Position numbers and translations under genes: made by a program. Under the pieces are notes generated by a model. That model saw nothing but the letters and a program-made list of their open reading frames with translations. It ran no database searches and was not told the origin of the DNA. A DNA stretch of 63,977 nucleotides, the filler included, from an uncultured Acidimicrobiia bacterium (lineage in GTDB: Bacteria; Actinomycetota; Acidimicrobiia; Spongiisociales; JAOTWH01): the NCBI GenBank assembly GCA_964347285.1. It is 7 parts of 7 records of this genome, joined end to end, with 100 filler letters (N's around TTAATTAATTAA, not from the genome) between each part and the next. Parts side by side here need not be neighbours in the genome. Positions count along the whole stretch, not along the records: positions 59,714 to 63,977 come from CAYFYE010000143.1; 6 more parts are not named here. The stretch is one strand, 5' to 3'. This document shows, piece by piece, positions 60,109 to 63,977 of the stretch (positions within the stretch are counted from its first letter, which is position 1; each line of letters opens with the position of its first letter).

Positions 60109-61047
60109 ATGACCGATGTCGACGACGTGGGGCGGCTGTCCGCCGCGGGGATATCCATCGGGACTTGCAGCTGGACGGATCAGACTCTGATCTCTTCTGG
60201 TGCCTTCTACCCTCCCGAGGCCGATGGGGCCGAGGACCGATTGCGCTTCTATGCCTCGCAATTCCCCATCGTCGAAGTCGACTCGACCTATTACGGACCC
60301 CCGAGCGAGCGAACGGCCGGGCTGTGGGTGGAGCGGACCCCCGGCGGTTTCGTCTTCGACGTCAAGGCCTACCGGTTGCTCACCCAACATCCCACCCCGC
60401 CGCGGTCGCTATGGAAGGACATCCGCGACGGCTTGCCGCCGGACGTCGCCGCCAAGCCCAACGTCTATTCCCGCGATCTGCCCCCCGAGCTCCTCGAAGA
60501 GGCCTTTCGGCGCTTCGCCGCCGCCCTGATGCCGCTTCACTCGGCAGGGAAACTGGGGGTGGTGCTCTTCCAGTTCCCACCCTATTTCTACCCCACACCC
60601 CCCAATCGGGAGTACCTCGGTTACATCGCCGAGTGCCTCGCCGAATACCAGGTGGCCGTCGAGTTCCGGCAGGCTCGCTGGATGGAAGACGACTTTGGAC
60701 AAGCGCGCACGGTCGAACTGCTTGCGGAGCACGGGCTGGCCTACGTTGCCGTGGACGGGCCACAAGGTTTCAAGAGCTCGATCCCTCCGGTCACGGCGGT
60801 GACCGCTCCCGTCGCCGAGGTCCGGTTCCACGGGCGCAACGCCGATACCTGGGAGGCCCCCGGCCTCACCGCCGCCGAACGCTTCCGGTACGACTACCGC
60901 TCTGAAGAGCTCGAGGAGTGGGTGCCCCGCATCCTCGATCTCGCCGAGCAGGCCAGGGCGGTCCACGTGCTGATGAACAACTGCTACGCCGACTATGGGA
61001 TCCGGAGCGGTCGCACGATGGCTGCCCTCTTGGCCGGCGCGATGTGA
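60109..61047 (+). CDS. DUF72 family protein
   Basis: IGTCSW, VEVDSTYY, LFQFPP, VEFR, RFHGRN, YDY. Confidence 0.9.
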   Translation: MTDVDDVGRLSAAGISIGTCSWTDQTLISSGAFYPPEADGAEDRLRFYASQFPIVEVDSTYYGPPSERTAGLWVERTPGGFVFDVKAYRLLTQHPTPPRSLWKDIRDGLPPDVAAKPNVYSRDLPPELLEEAFRRFAAALMPLHSAGKLGVVLFQFPPYFYPTPPNREYLGYIAECLAEYQVAVEFRQARWMEDDFGQARTVELLAEHGLAYVAVDGPQGFKSSIPPVTAVTAPVAEVRFHGRNADTWEAPGLTAAERFRYDYRSEELEEWVPRILDLAEQARAVHVLMNNCYADYGIRSGRTMAALLAGAM

Positions 61048-61066
61048 CCGCATCGGTGGCGAGCCG

Positions 61067-62032
61067 TCAGCCCTCCCAGCCGGACAATTCGGAGAGTTGA
61101 TCCCACAGGGCGGCCCTGTCTCGGGCCGAGGTGGCCGTGCCGGGCAGCACCTCGGTGACGTGCGGTCGGCGGTCCAGCCAGAACAGGCCGCTCTCCTCTG
61201 CCGCCTCGGGAGAAGCGGCCAACCAGACGATCGTGTCTGCCCCCTGTTCCGGGGTCCGCAGAAACGGCCTGGTGAGTCGGTAGAAGCCGGGGAGCGAGTG
61301 ACGGACGCCGGGCGTGTCTGCCCAGCCCGGGTGCATGGCATTCACCACGACACCGGTGCCCTCGAGACGCTCCGCCCACATCTCGGTCAGAACGACCTGA
61401 CCCCTCTTGGACCGGGCATACGCCTTGGGCCCGTCGTAGCTGCCGTGCTCCCACTGCAGGTTGCGGAGGCTGATGGCCTGGGTGTACATGCCCCCGGACG
61501 AGACATTGACGATTCGGGCCGGCGCCGACTCCACCAACCTGGGTATGAGGAGATTGGTCAGGAGGAACTGTGACAGGAGGTTGGTGGCCAGAGTCAGCTC
61601 TATGCCCTCGGCCGATTCTCGCCGCTCTTTGAACAGCGTCCCGGCCACGTTGATGAGAACGTGGATCTCCGGCTCGGCCTCCAGCAGTCGCCCGGCCAGG
61701 GCCCGCACCTCACTCATCAGGCTCAGATCGGCCAGCTGTGTGGTTACCAATCTGTTGCCCGTGGCCGCCATGATCGCGTCGCGGGTTCGGCCGGCCTTGT
61801 CGGCGCTCCTCGCCACCAGCACCACCCGTGCCTCGAGGGCGGCAAGCGCCTCAGCAGTGACCCGGCCCACACCGGACGTCGCCCCGGTGACAACGACCGT
61901 GCGATCCCCGAGATCGGCATCGACGGGCTTCCAAGTCCGGGAGCGCAGCCGGTAACCGAGGTTCGTGAATCCGGCCATTCCCGGAAGGAGGGCACGGTCA
62001 CAGAGGGTATCCCACAGCCCCGGGCTGCTCAC
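61067..62032 (-). CDS. Short-chain dehydrogenase/reductase (DHRS12-like)
   Basis: TGATSGVG, VSSGGMY, YARSK, MHPGWADTPG. Confidence 0.92.
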   Translation of the reverse strand: MSSPGLWDTLCDRALLPGMAGFTNLGYRLRSRTWKPVDADLGDRTVVVTGATSGVGRVTAEALAALEARVVLVARSADKAGRTRDAIMAATGNRLVTTQLADLSLMSEVRALAGRLLEAEPEIHVLINVAGTLFKERRESAEGIELTLATNLLSQFLLTNLLIPRLVESAPARIVNVSSGGMYTQAISLRNLQWEHGSYDGPKAYARSKRGQVVLTEMWAERLEGTGVVVNAMHPGWADTPGVRHSLPGFYRLTRPFLRTPEQGADTIVWLAASPEAAEESGLFWLDRRPHVTEVLPGTATSARDRAALWDQLSELSGWEG

Positions 62033-62451
62033 CGCGCCAGCGCCTCGGCCAATCCGTCCAGGGCTCGATTGCCGACCCCCTCCAGAACTCTTCTGATGAA
62101 GAACAGCCGCACCGGCCCGGTGAACTCGAGTTCGGCGGTGTAGGCGATCTCGGCTCCACCTTCGGCGGGCAAGAAGCGGATCTCGTCGACGGCGCGCAGC
62201 GGGCCCCCGATCCCCTCGAGCACGACGCGGCGGCTGGGCTCGTAGGCGGTGATCGTGTACGTCATCGGAATGCGCCGCGGCCCGAAAGCAACCAGCAGCT
62301 CGAACTTCGAGTCCAGGCCGACCGGACTGTCCGACACCATGCGGGATTCAACGACTCCGGGATCCCATTTGGCGATGTTGGAGAAGTCGGCGGTGTAGGC
62401 GAACGCCGCCTCGACAGGTGTGGGCACGGGTACGGGTCTGAGTCGGATCAT
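62029..62451 (-). CDS. SRPBCC/polyketide cyclase family protein
   Basis: FAYTADFSNIAKWDPGV...YEPSRRVVL; GTGA overlap with the SDR gene; start could be 62460. Confidence 0.8.
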   Translation of the reverse strand: MIRLRPVPVPTPVEAAFAYTADFSNIAKWDPGVVESRMVSDSPVGLDSKFELLVAFGPRRIPMTYTITAYEPSRRVVLEGIGGPLRAVDEIRFLPAEGGAEIAYTAELEFTGPVRLFFIRRVLEGVGNRALDGLAEALAR

Positions 62452-62556
62452 CTGTGGCACGTTCCAACCACGCAGCTATTCCAGCAGCAATTGTCGGGTA
62501 GGTTCGCCGGGCATCCAACTCGGTATACGCTTGCCCACCGGCCGGCCGCCGGGGCC

Positions 62557-63525
62557 TCAGTCGAGATGCTTGGGAGGCTCGCCGAGTCGGGCGGCAATGG
62601 CCGTCTCCCGGTCCCGGACGATGCGGGCCGCGATGGCTTCGACGGAGTGGGCGATCCACATGTGGGTCTGGGACCCATCCTCGTAGTTGGCCTCACCGAA
62701 ACTGTGCACCCGGGCCTGTTCCTGGAGCCGGTTGGCCTGCTCGAAGGCGGCCCGAGAATGGGGCTCGTAGACGGCGAAGCATCTGCCCCCGTACCGCTTC
62801 ACGATCGAGAACACCGGTATGTCGCTCGGCCCATCGGCGATGTAGACCATGTTCTGGAAAGGAATCCGTCGATCCTCGCTGGCCATCTTGGAGTTGACGT
62901 CGATGGCGGCGTTCTTGTTGGTCCCCTTGTTGATCTCGAACACGGCCCTGGTCTTGGAGGTGTTGTCGATGGAGTAGATCACGTGGCTGATCGGGCGCTC
63001 CCCCGCTCCGGCGTCCAAGAGCTCCGGCTGTTGCTCCTCCAGATACCCGGGAAGGGGAGTCCGATCGGCGAACTCACAGGCCCAGACGTCCGTCACTCTG
63101 TCAGCGATTGCGCTTCCCAGGATCATCTGGCGGAGTCCCGATGACACGATGTAGTGCTCCACGGTGATGCTGTGCTCGGCATAGGCCTGCTCCGCATCCA
63201 GGATCTTCTGCACCTGGTCGAAGAAGCCGGGGAGGCCGGGATGGAACCCGATCTCGGCCCCCAGCTCCCTGAGCATCCGGTTGGAAAGCCCAGGGAACTT
63301 GCCGTGGCTGACGTAGGTGAGGATGTGGTCGAGGTAGAGCGTGTCCCTTTCCACGAATTCGGCGCCGGCCTTGCCGTAGTAGCCGACCAGGCCCTCTACC
63401 TCTGCCCAGAACTCGCGGCCGTCTACACCGAAATGGCGGAACAGGGGTTCCTCCATGTATCCGGGGATCAGGGTCTTGTCGAAGTCCCAGATGATGGCGA
63501 TAGTGTTCTGGGGAAACAGGGGCAT
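62557..63525 (-). CDS. HAD-family hydrolase
   Basis: WDFDKTL, YIVSSG, KTRAVFEINKG, YIADGPSDIP. Confidence 0.88.
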   Translation of the reverse strand: MPLFPQNTIAIIWDFDKTLIPGYMEEPLFRHFGVDGREFWAEVEGLVGYYGKAGAEFVERDTLYLDHILTYVSHGKFPGLSNRMLRELGAEIGFHPGLPGFFDQVQKILDAEQAYAEHSITVEHYIVSSGLRQMILGSAIADRVTDVWACEFADRTPLPGYLEEQQPELLDAGAGERPISHVIYSIDNTSKTRAVFEINKGTNKNAAIDVNSKMASEDRRIPFQNMVYIADGPSDIPVFSIVKRYGGRCFAVYEPHSRAAFEQANRLQEQARVHSFGEANYEDGSQTHMWIAHSVEAIAARIVRDRETAIAARLGEPPKHLD

Positions 63526-63643
63526 TACCTCTCCCGTTACCTCGGCGCCCGGGCCACCCGCCTTCAATTGATTTTCGCGGACTGGGCCCGGCAGCGTCAA
63601 CCGAAGAGGCCTAGGTTTGACCGCAGTCGAAGGGAGGATCGCC

Positions 63644-63976
63644 ATGGCCAAGTACGCCATCTTCTTCACATACACCCCCGAGGCTTGGGGGGCGATGATC
63701 AAGAACCCCAGCGACCGCTCGGCGGCGGCGAAGCAGCTCGTCGAGTCGCTGGGCGGATCGATCGAGGTGTTCTACTGGATGTTCGGGGGGTGGGACGGCT
63801 TCGCCACCGCCGAACTTCCCGACTCGGTCTCCGCGGCCGCCATCAGCGTTGCGGTCAACAGCTCGGGAGCCTTCAAGTCGGTGAGCACGACCCAGCTGTT
63901 CGATCACGACGACCAGGCCGCTCTGGTGGAGAAGGCCAAGACCGCTCTGGCCGGTTACAGCCCGCCCACCGGCTAG
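63644..63976 (+). CDS. GYD domain-containing protein
   Basis: GGSIEVFYWMFGGWD pattern; GGAGG RBS. Confidence 0.85.
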   Translation: MAKYAIFFTYTPEAWGAMIKNPSDRSAAAKQLVESLGGSIEVFYWMFGGWDGFATAELPDSVSAAAISVAVNSSGAFKSVSTTQLFDHDDQAALVEKAKTALAGYSPPTG

Positions 63977-63977
63977 T

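Overview
High-GC bacterial DNA, probably an actinobacterial (Acidimicrobiia-like) metagenome bin; the taxonomy is an inference. The window is not one locus. It is seven contig pieces joined by 100-nt N-TTAATTAATTAA-N linkers (10760, 21293, 31262, 40900, 50497, 59614), plus a scaffold gap at 5331-5352, so adjacency across linkers means nothing. Contig 1: three secreted nuclease-family genes, dinB, pruA and an OsmC-family gene with an in-frame TGA at the catalytic Cys position. Contig 2: Liv-type ABC transporter, acyl-CoA dehydrogenase and small or decayed genes. Contig 3: upp-propeller-deoB-pdp-punA-etfBA. Contig 4: form I aerobic CO dehydrogenase (coxMSL, AYRCSFR motif, XdhC-YHS, coxG), a divergent second Mo-hydroxylase and a convergent cysteine synthase-TusA-DsrE operon. 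That operon sits behind an unannotated 8-Cys leader peptide with terminator/antiterminator. Contig 5: internally deleted photolyase, vanadium haloperoxidase-like gene, ASPIC/UnbV gene, a DUF411 gene with UGCC in place of CGCC, and a PLP decarboxylase. Contig 6: two CzcA/CusA-type RND genes, a short adaptor-like lipoprotein and a lipoprotein made of 810-bp tandem repeats. Contig 7: DUF72, SDR, SRPBCC, HAD and GYD genes. The best leads are missed by the ORF track: two candidate selenoproteins and the polycysteine attenuator on a sulfur-relay operon beside the CO dehydrogenase.
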